Source: Candidatus Thorarchaeota archaeon (GTDB lineage: Archaea > Asgardarchaeota > Thorarchaeia > Thorarchaeales > Thorarchaeaceae). Taken from it: DNA of 46,424 bases. Position numbers and translations under genes: made by a program. The notes below the pieces were generated by a model. It worked only from the letters and a program-made list of their open reading frames with translations. It did not search any database and had not been told where the DNA came from. Shown here piece by piece: positions 9,978 to 18,850 of the stretch; positions within the stretch are counted from its first letter, which is position 1, and every line of letters starts with the position of its first letter. The DNA is taken from assembly GCA_016933575.1 (NCBI GenBank), contig JAFGAR010000160.1, forward strand, positions 1 through 46,424, given 5' to 3'.

Positions 9978-10023
9978 TTCATTTAGAAAAACGACAATTA
10001 GAATCATAGACCCAACTGAATAG

Positions 10024-10392
10024 GTGAAACCTTTGAGAGTGGTGATTGCTGGTGATGTCCCCCTTCTAAAATCACTAGTAAGAATGGCAATTGAGGAAGC
10101 TGGGTATACGGTTATCGGTGAACCTGACAATGTGGAAGAACTATTAGCCATCTGTAGCTCCCATAAGGTCGGAATAGTGCTCCTTGACCTTTCTATCTCT
10201 GATTCTGAACGGATGAGAGTCATTGAGAAGATCCTGGATATCGACATGTACACTTCAATCATCGCAATATCAGAATTTGTCGAAGATGATAACGATCAAG
10301 TCCTATTTGCTGGAGCTAGAGGATTCCTACAGAAACCTTTCTCCATGTTCGACCTTATTGATATGATGAAGAAGGTTGAGCCAATTCTTTGA
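10024..10392 (+). CDS. Stand-alone receiver domain, atypical
   Basis: Receiver pattern VVIAGD, LLD, IS, GARGFLQKPF. The first acidic-pocket Asp is Gly and the P..DG loop is missing. Confidence 0.85.
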   Translation: MKPLRVVIAGDVPLLKSLVRMAIEEAGYTVIGEPDNVEELLAICSSHKVGIVLLDLSISDSERMRVIEKILDIDMYTSIIAISEFVEDDNDQVLFAGARGFLQKPFSMFDLIDMMKKVEPIL

Positions 10393-11145
10393 TCACTCAG
10401 GCAATCGTGCATCAGGATAGACTACTATTCCGTCGTTCTGTATTCGGAACATCACTGGTTTCATGACATGATTCGCTCCTCGTAACTTCACGACTCGGAG
10501 CGTGCGAATGTAATCCCCAGTGGAATAGATCATATCGAGTTTGATGACTCCATCTGAGATGAAGTATGGCATCTCATCATTCTGTGCTCCGGATAGCGTT
10601 CGAAGTTCGTGTGTCAGCAATATCGTTGAATCTTGAGATATTAGCTCTCTCATAAAACCGTAGACCATTTGTCGCACTTCGAATCGATTTCCTGCGAATT
10701 CTAGCAATGGACCTAGGCCATCGATAACAATATGCGATGCATTTGTTTCATTGGCTTTTTGCTTGACTAAGTCTGCCAATCTAGGCACTGTGAAGGGTTT
10801 CTCCCGAAAAAGAGGATGCTCAAATGCAATTAGGTAGTCATATCCTGATTCTCTTGGAACCAGACGCAATGTGCCACTTAGTATGCTCAGTTTCTTCTCC
10901 TTTATTGCAGTTTCAGGGTCCCATCCAAATGCCTGCATATCCTCCATGATGATATCTGAGGATTCATCAAGTGAAAGCAGTACTGCGGTTCCACCTCTAC
11001 GGATTGCATCAAAGATGAAATGCCAACAAATGATGCTCTTGCCTGTTCCAGGACCTCCTGCTATGAGCATCGAACGACCCTTGACATACCCCCCATTCAA
11101 TACCTTGTCTAGTCCCTCAATCCCACTACTGATTCTTTCCTTCAC
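10393..11145 (-). CDS. Single-domain KaiC-like (RAD55/RecA superfamily) ATPase
   Basis: SSGIEGLDKVLNGG, Walker A GGPGTGKS, Walker B IVIDG, DGVIKL, R.LRVVKLRG. Confidence 0.93.
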   Translation of the reverse strand: MKERISSGIEGLDKVLNGGYVKGRSMLIAGGPGTGKSIICWHFIFDAIRRGGTAVLLSLDESSDIIMEDMQAFGWDPETAIKEKKLSILSGTLRLVPRESGYDYLIAFEHPLFREKPFTVPRLADLVKQKANETNASHIVIDGLGPLLEFAGNRFEVRQMVYGFMRELISQDSTILLTHELRTLSGAQNDEMPYFISDGVIKLDMIYSTGDYIRTLRVVKLRGANHVMKPVMFRIQNDGIVVYPDARLPE

Positions 11146-11307
11146 CTTTCTGTCTCCTCAAGGAACACGTAGTCTATCATAGTTTAAGATATATTATTTG
11201 TTAGCGTAGCCTATTTAGGCGAACAAAACTACTAGAACCCTTTTGATTGCATCTCTTGGGTCATGTGGTTGCTTACTACATATCAGGCGAGAGAGTGAAG
11301 AGGAATA

Positions 11308-12894
11308 TTGACTGATAGTCCTGTGATTCCAGAATTTGCAATGTATGAGGACCGTATAACGAAGTCCGAGAGGAAAGAGATCGCTAACCGTCTATCTGTA
11401 GGATTTCGAACAGGAAAGGATCGTTTCCTTCACTTCTCAGATATCCTTTTGGAGTACATTGGAAGTGGAGAATGGACTAACCTAAGTGATGGCTTTCTCG
11501 CAATGTGTGCAAAAGCTGCATACCTACGAGGTATGTATGGATACAATCAGCTTCTTGCGAAAGGAAGTGAGAATATTCTCTGCAAAGGATATGCTGCAGC
11601 ATCATACTGCAGGCAGAGCTTGGATCCTCGGTGGTTGAACAATCTTAGGAACTATGTCAATCAGGTGTGGCAGTCCAAAGATTACATCGCTTTTGCTGAA
11701 TTGTCAGGACAACTCGCATCAATATTGATTGACTTGGGTTATACTGAAAGAGCCAAGACCGTTGCATCGGAGAGCATTGAAAAAGTCACCCAAGCTACTT
11801 CAAAGAACATAGCGATACGAAATAAGGTACAAGCAGCTCTTTTACGGCTTCGGATTCTGATGGCCAATGTGGATATCCAAGCAGGAGCGCGTGATGAAGC
11901 TTTGGTCAGACTGGATTCGGCAGAAGATACAGCTCGACTCCTGAATCACGACCTCGCTTTGACTGATGTCAGATATTATCGTGCTAAGATTCTTGAAGAA
12001 TCCCAAGAATACGATCGAGCAATGGATCTCCTGAATGCAGCTCTAAGGAAGTATGAACGAATGGGGTATCTTCAGGGTGTAGCTGATTCCAAGAACCTGC
12101 AAGGTGTCGTCCTCATGGAACGCGGATTCCATCAAGAGGCACGTGATCACTTTGAGGATATCCTCATTATTCAACAGCGATTGAACGATCAAGTTGGTCT
12201 AGCAAGAACCTTGATCAATGTGGGTGAGATCGATAGAGGGCTAGGTCAATTCGATCAGATGGAAACATACAACCAGAGAGCCTTGGAAATCAGTCAAGAA
12301 GCTGAATATATGCGTGGTATAGCAATATCAAAAATCAATCTTGGAGATATCGCTTTCCAAAGGGGTGACTTTGACAAAGCAATGCGGTACTATCAAGAGA
12401 GCATGGAAGTCGTCGAATGCTCCGGTATGAAGGACCTCCGCAATCTCATTGGCTTCCTCCTAGCTGACCTGCTGTTCGTACAAGAAAAAGCAGACAAAGC
12501 AATAGAAGCGTATGAAAGGGCGAGAATCAACGCTGAAGATGCCAGCTATCCTACCGAGGTCTTCAATGCAGAAGTCAGTGTAATCATAACTCAATTCGAA
12601 ACCGGTCGAGCAGTAGATTCCAGCCTAGCGAAGAAGATTGGGGATATTCTCGGGAATACAGATGCGTGGAAAGCCGCATCTGATTCCAGTATGATGAGAA
12701 ACCTGAGAGCTACGATATTTCAAGATAGATCTATTGAGGGTGGGATGTGCATCTTCTATGATCGCGAGAAGAATTTTGAATGCAGGGTGGACAGACAATA
12801 CTCTAGGATGGGATGTACTGGTAACCTATTCTGGAAAGGGATGATGTGTCCTTACTTCATCGAGTTTCTCGAGAAGCTTGGTGGTAATTCATAG
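11308..12894 (+). CDS. Tetratricopeptide repeat protein with C-terminal four-Cys domain
   Basis: About 40-aa helical repeats (VADSKNLQGVVL, LARTLINVGEID, IAISKINLGDIAFQRGDFDKAMRYYQES); C-terminal Cys cluster. Confidence 0.9.
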   Translation: MTDSPVIPEFAMYEDRITKSERKEIANRLSVGFRTGKDRFLHFSDILLEYIGSGEWTNLSDGFLAMCAKAAYLRGMYGYNQLLAKGSENILCKGYAAASYCRQSLDPRWLNNLRNYVNQVWQSKDYIAFAELSGQLASILIDLGYTERAKTVASESIEKVTQATSKNIAIRNKVQAALLRLRILMANVDIQAGARDEALVRLDSAEDTARLLNHDLALTDVRYYRAKILEESQEYDRAMDLLNAALRKYERMGYLQGVADSKNLQGVVLMERGFHQEARDHFEDILIIQQRLNDQVGLARTLINVGEIDRGLGQFDQMETYNQRALEISQEAEYMRGIAISKINLGDIAFQRGDFDKAMRYYQESMEVVECSGMKDLRNLIGFLLADLLFVQEKADKAIEAYERARINAEDASYPTEVFNAEVSVIITQFETGRAVDSSLAKKIGDILGNTDAWKAASDSSMMRNLRATIFQDRSIEGGMCIFYDREKNFECRVDRQYSRMGCTGNLFWKGMMCPYFIEFLEKLGGNS

Positions 12895-12962
12895 CTACAA
12901 AGCGACACCACTTATGTATATAAGGTGATTATATCAAATGCTCTTCACTAGGGGATCGTTGC

Positions 12963-14348
12963 ATGAGTACTACCGGTGGAATCCCTCCAAGCATAGAGGA
13001 AGTGCTGTCAGCCCAGAATAGTTTCATCTTGGTAGTACTGGGATCACCTGGTACAGGCAAGTCATTATTTGTACAAGAGATACTACGGAAATTCGATAAT
13101 TCTGTGATGATCATCACGAGTGCAGAGAATTATACGACAATAAACCAATATCTGTCTAAGGAAATCGATGGTTGGGAAAATCGGCATGTCACAAAGTCAT
13201 TTTCAAAGAAGATGGCGGGAGAGATGGCAGAGGAAGCGGTATTCGATCAACATATACAACAGATGCTTCAATTGGATAGTACCCCACCCACTGGCGATAT
13301 TGTGATTATTGACTCTTGGACTGATTTCATCGAACCGCTGGATACTACTCAAAGATATTTGACACAGCAAACATTGATCCATTCAGCTCGGAATGAGAGG
13401 AAGAAGCTAGTTCTCGTCACAGAAGGTAACTGGCAAGACCAGAAATCACTCTCGTTATTTCATTCAGCTGATGGAGTGATAAAACTCGAAAAGATTCGAG
13501 ATAATCAACGGATGTATAGACAGGTAGTTATCGAGAAGATGCGATCTCATCCCATAAACCAGGATTCCTTCTTGTTCACTCTTCATCATGGCAGATTTAC
13601 ATACATACCTTGGTATCAACATGAATATCCCGCCATAACCGTAGAAAGAGACCCAATCCCAGATGCTTCTCCTGAGTTTATGTCTACAGGGAATGCTAGT
13701 CTGGACCATTTGCTGTCTGGAGGATTTAAGAAAGGACATCTCACTTTGGTTGAAGTGGATGACCTCTCAGTACCCTATCTAGAAACGATATACATTCCCT
13801 TTCTTTCGAACCACCTGCAACAAGGACGACCTGCCATAATTCTGCTCCCTGAAGGCTGGTCACCTGAATCATTCTCAAAGAGTCTTACTCAGTTTGTTGA
13901 CAAGTCCCTTATTGAGGAACAGCTGGTGTATTTCGGTCGCCAAGCCTTAGGGACTCACTCCAACACCCGTGGAATCGATTTGGATCCTTGGAAGACTCTT
14001 CAAGAGATTCGATATGAATCAGGTGTCTTAGAACGGAAGTTCGATCATGAAGTAACAGAATTATTTGCTCTGGACACCTTGGAGAATATGTATGGTGCAA
14101 CTAACGTGAGAAGTCTAATGGCGGAGATCTCAGCTTCATTGTCCTCAACTCAACGCACAACAATATCCATTTTGAGTAGAGACCAGGAGATCAGGAGCGA
14201 GTCTATCTCACATCATGTTCATCTTAGAGTTCAGGAAATCAGTGGTGTGCTAAGTGTCTGTGGTGTCAATCCTAGAACGAACTATCTAGCAGTTCGCCAG
14301 ATACTGTCCAGCGGATTTCTTGATTACGATTTGCTACCGATTGTATAG
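12963..14348 (+). CDS. Two-domain KaiC/GvpD-like P-loop ATPase (second domain degenerate)
   Basis: N-domain has GSPGTGKS, IIDSW, ADGVIKL, IEKMRS. C-domain begins STGNASLDHLLSGGF but has no Walker A. Confidence 0.88.
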   Translation: MSTTGGIPPSIEEVLSAQNSFILVVLGSPGTGKSLFVQEILRKFDNSVMIITSAENYTTINQYLSKEIDGWENRHVTKSFSKKMAGEMAEEAVFDQHIQQMLQLDSTPPTGDIVIIDSWTDFIEPLDTTQRYLTQQTLIHSARNERKKLVLVTEGNWQDQKSLSLFHSADGVIKLEKIRDNQRMYRQVVIEKMRSHPINQDSFLFTLHHGRFTYIPWYQHEYPAITVERDPIPDASPEFMSTGNASLDHLLSGGFKKGHLTLVEVDDLSVPYLETIYIPFLSNHLQQGRPAIILLPEGWSPESFSKSLTQFVDKSLIEEQLVYFGRQALGTHSNTRGIDLDPWKTLQEIRYESGVLERKFDHEVTELFALDTLENMYGATNVRSLMAEISASLSSTQRTTISILSRDQEIRSESISHHVHLRVQEISGVLSVCGVNPRTNYLAVRQILSSGFLDYDLLPIV

Positions 14349-14358
14349 GTGATGCATT

Positions 14359-14736
14359 ATGACGAAGAACAAGATCCTGGTAGTGGATGATGAAGAAATA
14401 ACAACTGAATTGGCGAAGAAATTCTTGGAGCGCCATGGATTCGATGTCATTTGCGCCTATGATGGCGAAACCGCTTTGGAGCTAGCTGTATCACAAAGAC
14501 CTGATTTGATCCTTTTGGATGTGATGCTTCCAAAAATTGATGGTTTTGAAGTGTGCAGAAGAATCAAGAGAATGCAGGAATTCAAGTCGACACCAATTCT
14601 TCTCTTCACTGCGAAGGGGCTAAGCAAGGATATCAAAGAAGGCAAAGAGGCAGGAGCTGACGAATATATTATCAAACCATTTTCCGGAAAGGCACTGGTT
14701 GCTACCATAAAGAAGCATCTAAGATATGAGGAATGA
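14359..14736 (+). CDS. Stand-alone response regulator receiver
   Basis: VVDDE, LLDVMLPKIDG, FTA, GADEYIIKPF: canonical. Confidence 0.95.
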   Translation: MTKNKILVVDDEEITTELAKKFLERHGFDVICAYDGETALELAVSQRPDLILLDVMLPKIDGFEVCRRIKRMQEFKSTPILLFTAKGLSKDIKEGKEAGADEYIIKPFSGKALVATIKKHLRYEE

Positions 14737-15431
14737 GAGGAATCGATCTGATGACAGGAACCCCTGTGGAGAATCATTTGGCCTCTACAATAGTCTACAA
14801 TCTATTGAATCGGCCTCCCAGAGGGTATGTCTATCTCGTTATGGCATCTCAAGAAAGCCACTATGACCTCTTCATGACGACAATCATACGTAGTGCCCTT
14901 GACAACAAAATGAAGACACTCAATGTTGTAACTGAGGCTCGGAATCGCCAATTGATGGAGGATATGACAAAGATACAATCAGAGGACTTCCAGATACTTG
15001 AAGTCAGCTATGGACAGAAGATTCTAGGCAATCATACGTGTTCACCGCATCTTCATGAGATTAACATCATGATGCGAAGCCTAAGGAATGTCATTAACCC
15101 CAAGGTTGTTACGTTCGAAGCTTTGACTCCTTTACTGATTGATTTCTCTGCTCGAGATGTGGTTCAGTTCTTCAAGGAAAGTGTTGAAGAGAGCATCAAG
15201 AACGGATCAATTGAGTTCTACCTTATTCATGCGGACACAGCTGACTCGGTCACTATGAACCAGCTGTTCTCACTTGCTCAAGGCATTATCACACTAACGA
15301 CATCACGTGGCAAGAACTACCTTACAGTAAAGAAAGCAACAGGTATCGAGATGCCCTTCAATCCGATTGAGTATGTACCGAGTATGCAGGGTTCTGATCG
15401 AACGAGATGGGGTATCGAACTCGAATGGTAG
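14733..15431 (+). CDS. Inactivated KaiC/RecA-fold protein
   Basis: Strand/helix pattern matches KaiC-like domains (VVTFEALTPLL, AQGIITL, LTVKKATG) but there is no P-loop GKT/S. ATGA overlap with the upstream receiver. Confidence 0.7.
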   Translation: MRGIDLMTGTPVENHLASTIVYNLLNRPPRGYVYLVMASQESHYDLFMTTIIRSALDNKMKTLNVVTEARNRQLMEDMTKIQSEDFQILEVSYGQKILGNHTCSPHLHEINIMMRSLRNVINPKVVTFEALTPLLIDFSARDVVQFFKESVEESIKNGSIEFYLIHADTADSVTMNQLFSLAQGIITLTTSRGKNYLTVKKATGIEMPFNPIEYVPSMQGSDRTRWGIELEW

Positions 15432-15432
15432 C

Positions 15433-16125
15433 TTACTCGAAGTCGATTTGGATTCCTTCATCATCTAAATCGTCTTTCTTCATGGAATGAGAGAGGCGCT
15501 CTTCGAATATGTTCAGCACGTCTTCAAGTGGCTTCTCTGACGTATCTCTATCATCCACCGCAACTGGATTGATATGTTGTCTGACAAGCCTACAGCTCTC
15601 ATCATCCCAAGAGCACTCCTCCATGATCTCTTGTATTTTCCTGATATAGTAGCCTCTTTGATTGATCAGCTGCAAACTTCTATCTTCTAACGCACTTATT
15701 TGTCGATTAATCTTCTCAATTTCCTGGAGGAGGACACGTACTGCTCTCACATCATAGCTCTCTTTAGGTATGGATATTCGTGCGCGGATGGTTGTGATCC
15801 GTGTTTTATGTGGACGTAAATGAACAGCAAATGAGTTTGGCAGTATGGTGGTGGAAAGCCCAAACCCCGAACGCAATTTGTAGTATGTTCTCTCAGGGCC
15901 AAGACTTGTTTCACCTGCCTCGGTTTCCACGATCCTCGCATTCTCGAGGACCTCAAGATGCTTGATGATGACACGTGACGTGAAGCCAAGAGCTTTGCTA
16001 AGCTCATAAGGATAGTAAGGTCTCTGTGCTAGCAATCGAAGGATTCTCCTACGAGTGATATGACCTAGCGCTTTGAAAACAGTGTCTAGGTAATCTGTAT
16101 CCTTTCCCGAGCTGCTCAATTCCAT
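15433..16125 (-). CDS. ArsR-like winged HTH regulator resembling archaeal heat-shock repressor Phr (COG1777)
   Basis: LGHITRRRILRLLAQRPYYPYELSKALG...KHLEVLE...GPERTYYKL...ILPNSF plus C-terminal coiled coil, matching the Phr architecture as recalled. Confidence 0.85.
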   Translation of the reverse strand: MELSSSGKDTDYLDTVFKALGHITRRRILRLLAQRPYYPYELSKALGFTSRVIIKHLEVLENARIVETEAGETSLGPERTYYKLRSGFGLSTTILPNSFAVHLRPHKTRITTIRARISIPKESYDVRAVRVLLQEIEKINRQISALEDRSLQLINQRGYYIRKIQEIMEECSWDDESCRLVRQHINPVAVDDRDTSEKPLEDVLNIFEERLSHSMKKDDLDDEGIQIDFE

Positions 16126-16161
16126 TCACCGTCCGTAGATAATGTCCTAATTCTGGTATCA

Positions 16162-16317
16162 CTATAGATACTCAATCGAGTTCCATATATTGGATAAGAA
16201 CACTAACCATTCTCTGTAGAGACCGTTGTCGAACCAGAGCCCTTGTTCAAGGCTGTTCGTTTCGCTCCCTTGATACTCTGGCTCAGTATCTATGTATACT
16301 CTTTGAATCATGTTCAT
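16162..16317 (-). CDS. Putative 51-aa small protein upstream of the Phr-like gene
   Basis: Manual translation MNMIQRVYIDTEPEYQGSETNSLEQGLWFDNGLYREWLVFLSNIWNSIEYL; lies between the promoter/operator and the regulator gene. Confidence 0.45.
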   Translation of the reverse strand: MNMIQRVYIDTEPEYQGSETNSLEQGLWFDNGLYREWLVFLSNIWNSIEYL

Positions 16318-16345
16318 CCCTTTTTCAGTTCCACTTATCGGAATA

Positions 16346-16391
16346 CTAGTGACTAAGTGGTCACTAGAACTAGTGAATATTTGGTATATAA
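16346..16391 (-). promoter_or_regulatory. Promoter (TTATATA) with overlapping double-palindrome operator
   Basis: CTAGTGAC-N6-GTCACTAG (16346-16367), TCACTAG-AA-CTAGTGA (16361-16376), minus-strand TTATATA at 16385-16391. Confidence 0.65.
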
Positions 16392-16423
16392 GCTTTGAGA
16401 AATATGTGTGTGATGACAGTCAC

Positions 16424-16756
16424 CTACTCATATATGCCGGATTCACATTCAGGTGATGATTCACTCTTTTTCCGATCAGGGAAGTCTATCAATCCCTTTG
16501 CTGCTGACCTATGTCGGTATTTCTCAAGAAGAGTATCTCCTTTCTCATAAATTGGTCCATGACCAGTAAGGTATCCCTCAGACACCCCTTCCTTATTGGA
16601 TATCACAGGTCTGGAACCTATCATCAGAAGATGGCGTAGGAATTGAAGATCTGTGACCTTTTGCCCCATCCTTCGTTGATATCGCATCTTCTCTTCTTCC
16701 CAAGTAAGAATATCGTGCTCGGTCAAGCCCTTGAATAGCTTGTTCTTAAGATGCAT
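16424..16756 (-). CDS. Hypothetical protein (possible ribbon-helix-helix-like N-terminus)
   Basis: AGGAG RBS upstream; beta-helix-helix pattern ending TDLQFLRHLL (weak). Confidence 0.6.
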   Translation of the reverse strand: MHLKNKLFKGLTEHDILTWEEEKMRYQRRMGQKVTDLQFLRHLLMIGSRPVISNKEGVSEGYLTGHGPIYEKGDTLLEKYRHRSAAKGLIDFPDRKKSESSPECESGIYE

Positions 16757-16844
16757 TGCAATTTCTCCTGGTCAACATCCTAAGAAAGTTAACCTCATCT
16801 AGACTATAATTCGATGTATCACAGGAGTAATACTGATATTTTCG

Positions 16845-17963
16845 CTAAGGTGAATTGTTTACCTTGTTCTTTGTCGTTGCAGCAGCAGTGTCCTTTTCTT
16901 CCTTTCCTTCTACAGGTTTGAAAGAAGCTGCTGGGCTATGATAGAGAGACGAAGACTTCCTCTTCTGGAATTGCGTAACTGCTCTCCATGTTGCGGACTT
17001 ATCAGCTATCACTCCTAGCTTCTTGATTTTGAACATGATCACAGCTGACACGTCGATCAATATGATGTTCACTGCCAAGAGAGCTAATGATCCTAGCCCA
17101 ATTTGTAGACCTGCCAATGATCCATTGATAAGTCCAAGAGTAATCATCATTCCTACATTGACTGCTGGAGGCATCAATGCTGCAGAGATTGCAACACCTA
17201 CCAGTGAAGACATGTCCCCCTTTGTCACTGATACAGCGACAGCCGCTCCCGAAAAGATGGCGACGCCTACATCCAATGGTGAGAATGCTCCTCTTCGAGT
17301 TATCTCTGTCAGGAATACAGGTGCCCATGCTGAAGTATTCCATTGTCCCTCTATAACGGTCATCAATGGAGCTTCAATGTAGAGGATAGGAGTGAGTACA
17401 CCCATGATGATACCTATTCCAAAGCTCAGTCCAAGAGCTACGAGCTCTGTCGTTGTACCTTTTACGAACAGCTGCCTATCACCAACAACATATCCTAGAG
17501 CCACAGCTAGCATGGGTCCCATGAGTGGTGAGAGAAGCATAGATGCTACGATGATAGTAATGTTATTCTGAAGTAATCCGAAACCCGCCATTACTGCAGC
17601 GAAGATGATGAATGCGATGAAATCAAAGCTTAGAGAAGCCTGTTTCTTTACATTGTCATAGATTTCCTCTACAGCTAATGTCGCTTCTCGTTGGATTCTC
17701 TTCTCTTGTGTGTCCTCACTTACTTCCCTTGGTAGGGATGCCTTGAGATCCCAAATATCTATGAAACCAAATTCCACGCCTACACCTCGACTCTTCAAGC
17801 CTTCCAATGTATCGTTGATAGTGTCATCAGCTATCCTGAATTGCAGTAGATGTGCGTTATCGGTGGTGAATCTTACGACGTTCTTGATATTCAGAACATC
17901 AACAAGAAAATCAAACACCGCTTCGGTCTTCTCATAGGGAACGGTAACCTGAACTTGTTTCAC
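16845..17963 (-). CDS. TIGR00341 / DUF389 family membrane protein
   Basis: IIVASMLLSPLMGP and LVGVAISAALMPPA signatures; soluble N-terminal domain. Confidence 0.9.
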   Translation of the reverse strand: MKQVQVTVPYEKTEAVFDFLVDVLNIKNVVRFTTDNAHLLQFRIADDTINDTLEGLKSRGVGVEFGFIDIWDLKASLPREVSEDTQEKRIQREATLAVEEIYDNVKKQASLSFDFIAFIIFAAVMAGFGLLQNNITIIVASMLLSPLMGPMLAVALGYVVGDRQLFVKGTTTELVALGLSFGIGIIMGVLTPILYIEAPLMTVIEGQWNTSAWAPVFLTEITRRGAFSPLDVGVAIFSGAAVAVSVTKGDMSSLVGVAISAALMPPAVNVGMMITLGLINGSLAGLQIGLGSLALLAVNIILIDVSAVIMFKIKKLGVIADKSATWRAVTQFQKRKSSSLYHSPAASFKPVEGKEEKDTAAATTKNKVNNSP

Positions 17964-18136
17964 TGACTTACAGCCCCACAGAATTACAGGAACACCCCAA
18001 ACAGGGCTATTAAACTTATTCTAGAGCACATAATATCCGAATTGTAATACAGGTATTATCAGGATATGATTCTATATGTCACTAGCATCACATTTTTTGG
18101 GGATTCAGATACAGTTTGAGCTGACTGTGATCAACA

Positions 18137-18799
18137 ATGGGCATAATTGAGATCTTGGCAATATGGTTCGGACTCTCTCTAACAGGAGCTTTGGCTCCCG
18201 GTCCTCTCTCTGCTGCAGTCGTCATGCAGTCAAGCAAGCACGGTCGACTATATGGAATATTACCGATGGTCGGACATGCGATAGTTGAATTGGGGATAGT
18301 AGCTGCGATCATAGTCAGTGTTCAGATATTTTCATTTGATCAACTTGCTACTAGCCTAATGATTGGTTTTGGGGGGATTGTAATCGTATTCTTTGGTGGC
18401 TTGGCTTTGAAGGATTATCGTTTCAAGACATCATCTGAGGAGAAGGAGAATAGCGCGGAATCAAAATCACTATCTAGCGCAGCTGAAGCAACGACTCAAG
18501 GAGCTCTCGTGAGTATCCTCTCTCCGTACTTTCTATTATGGTGGGCTGCAATTGGTCTCAGTAATGTGACACTCTTAATAGGCGAGCTTCAAGTAGGAGT
18601 CGGCACTGTCTTTCTTGCTGGGGTGTTGATCTATCTCGTTCACATATCAACTGACTTCCTGTTTGGAGCTTTTCTTACTGTTGGGACTGATGCAGCTAAG
18701 AAACGTACTACTTATGGTGGAGTCAATTGGATAAATGTTGGAATTGGAATATTCCAGATCATACTTGGCATCTATTTCGTCTTCGTTGCACTCACATAG
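18137..18799 (+). CDS. LysE family translocator
   Basis: GALAPGP, GHAIVE and SPYFLLWW motifs; about 6 TM. Confidence 0.88.
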   Translation: MGIIEILAIWFGLSLTGALAPGPLSAAVVMQSSKHGRLYGILPMVGHAIVELGIVAAIIVSVQIFSFDQLATSLMIGFGGIVIVFFGGLALKDYRFKTSSEEKENSAESKSLSSAAEATTQGALVSILSPYFLLWWAAIGLSNVTLLIGELQVGVGTVFLAGVLIYLVHISTDFLFGAFLTVGTDAAKKRTTYGGVNWINVGIGIFQIILGIYFVFVALT

Positions 18800-18850
18800 G
18801 TCTTCAAAAGGAATATCTGGCTCTCCGTTTTGACGTATCAGGTGACTAGT

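Noticed and set aside
12963-14348. Gas vesicle operon
   Set aside because: Only a GvpD-like ATPase architecture; no gvpA or other structural gvp genes.
10393-15431. Bona fide circadian clock (kaiABC)
   Set aside because: No KaiA or KaiB. The single-domain protein has YF where KaiC has the S431/T432 phosphosites, and the double-domain protein has a dead second domain.
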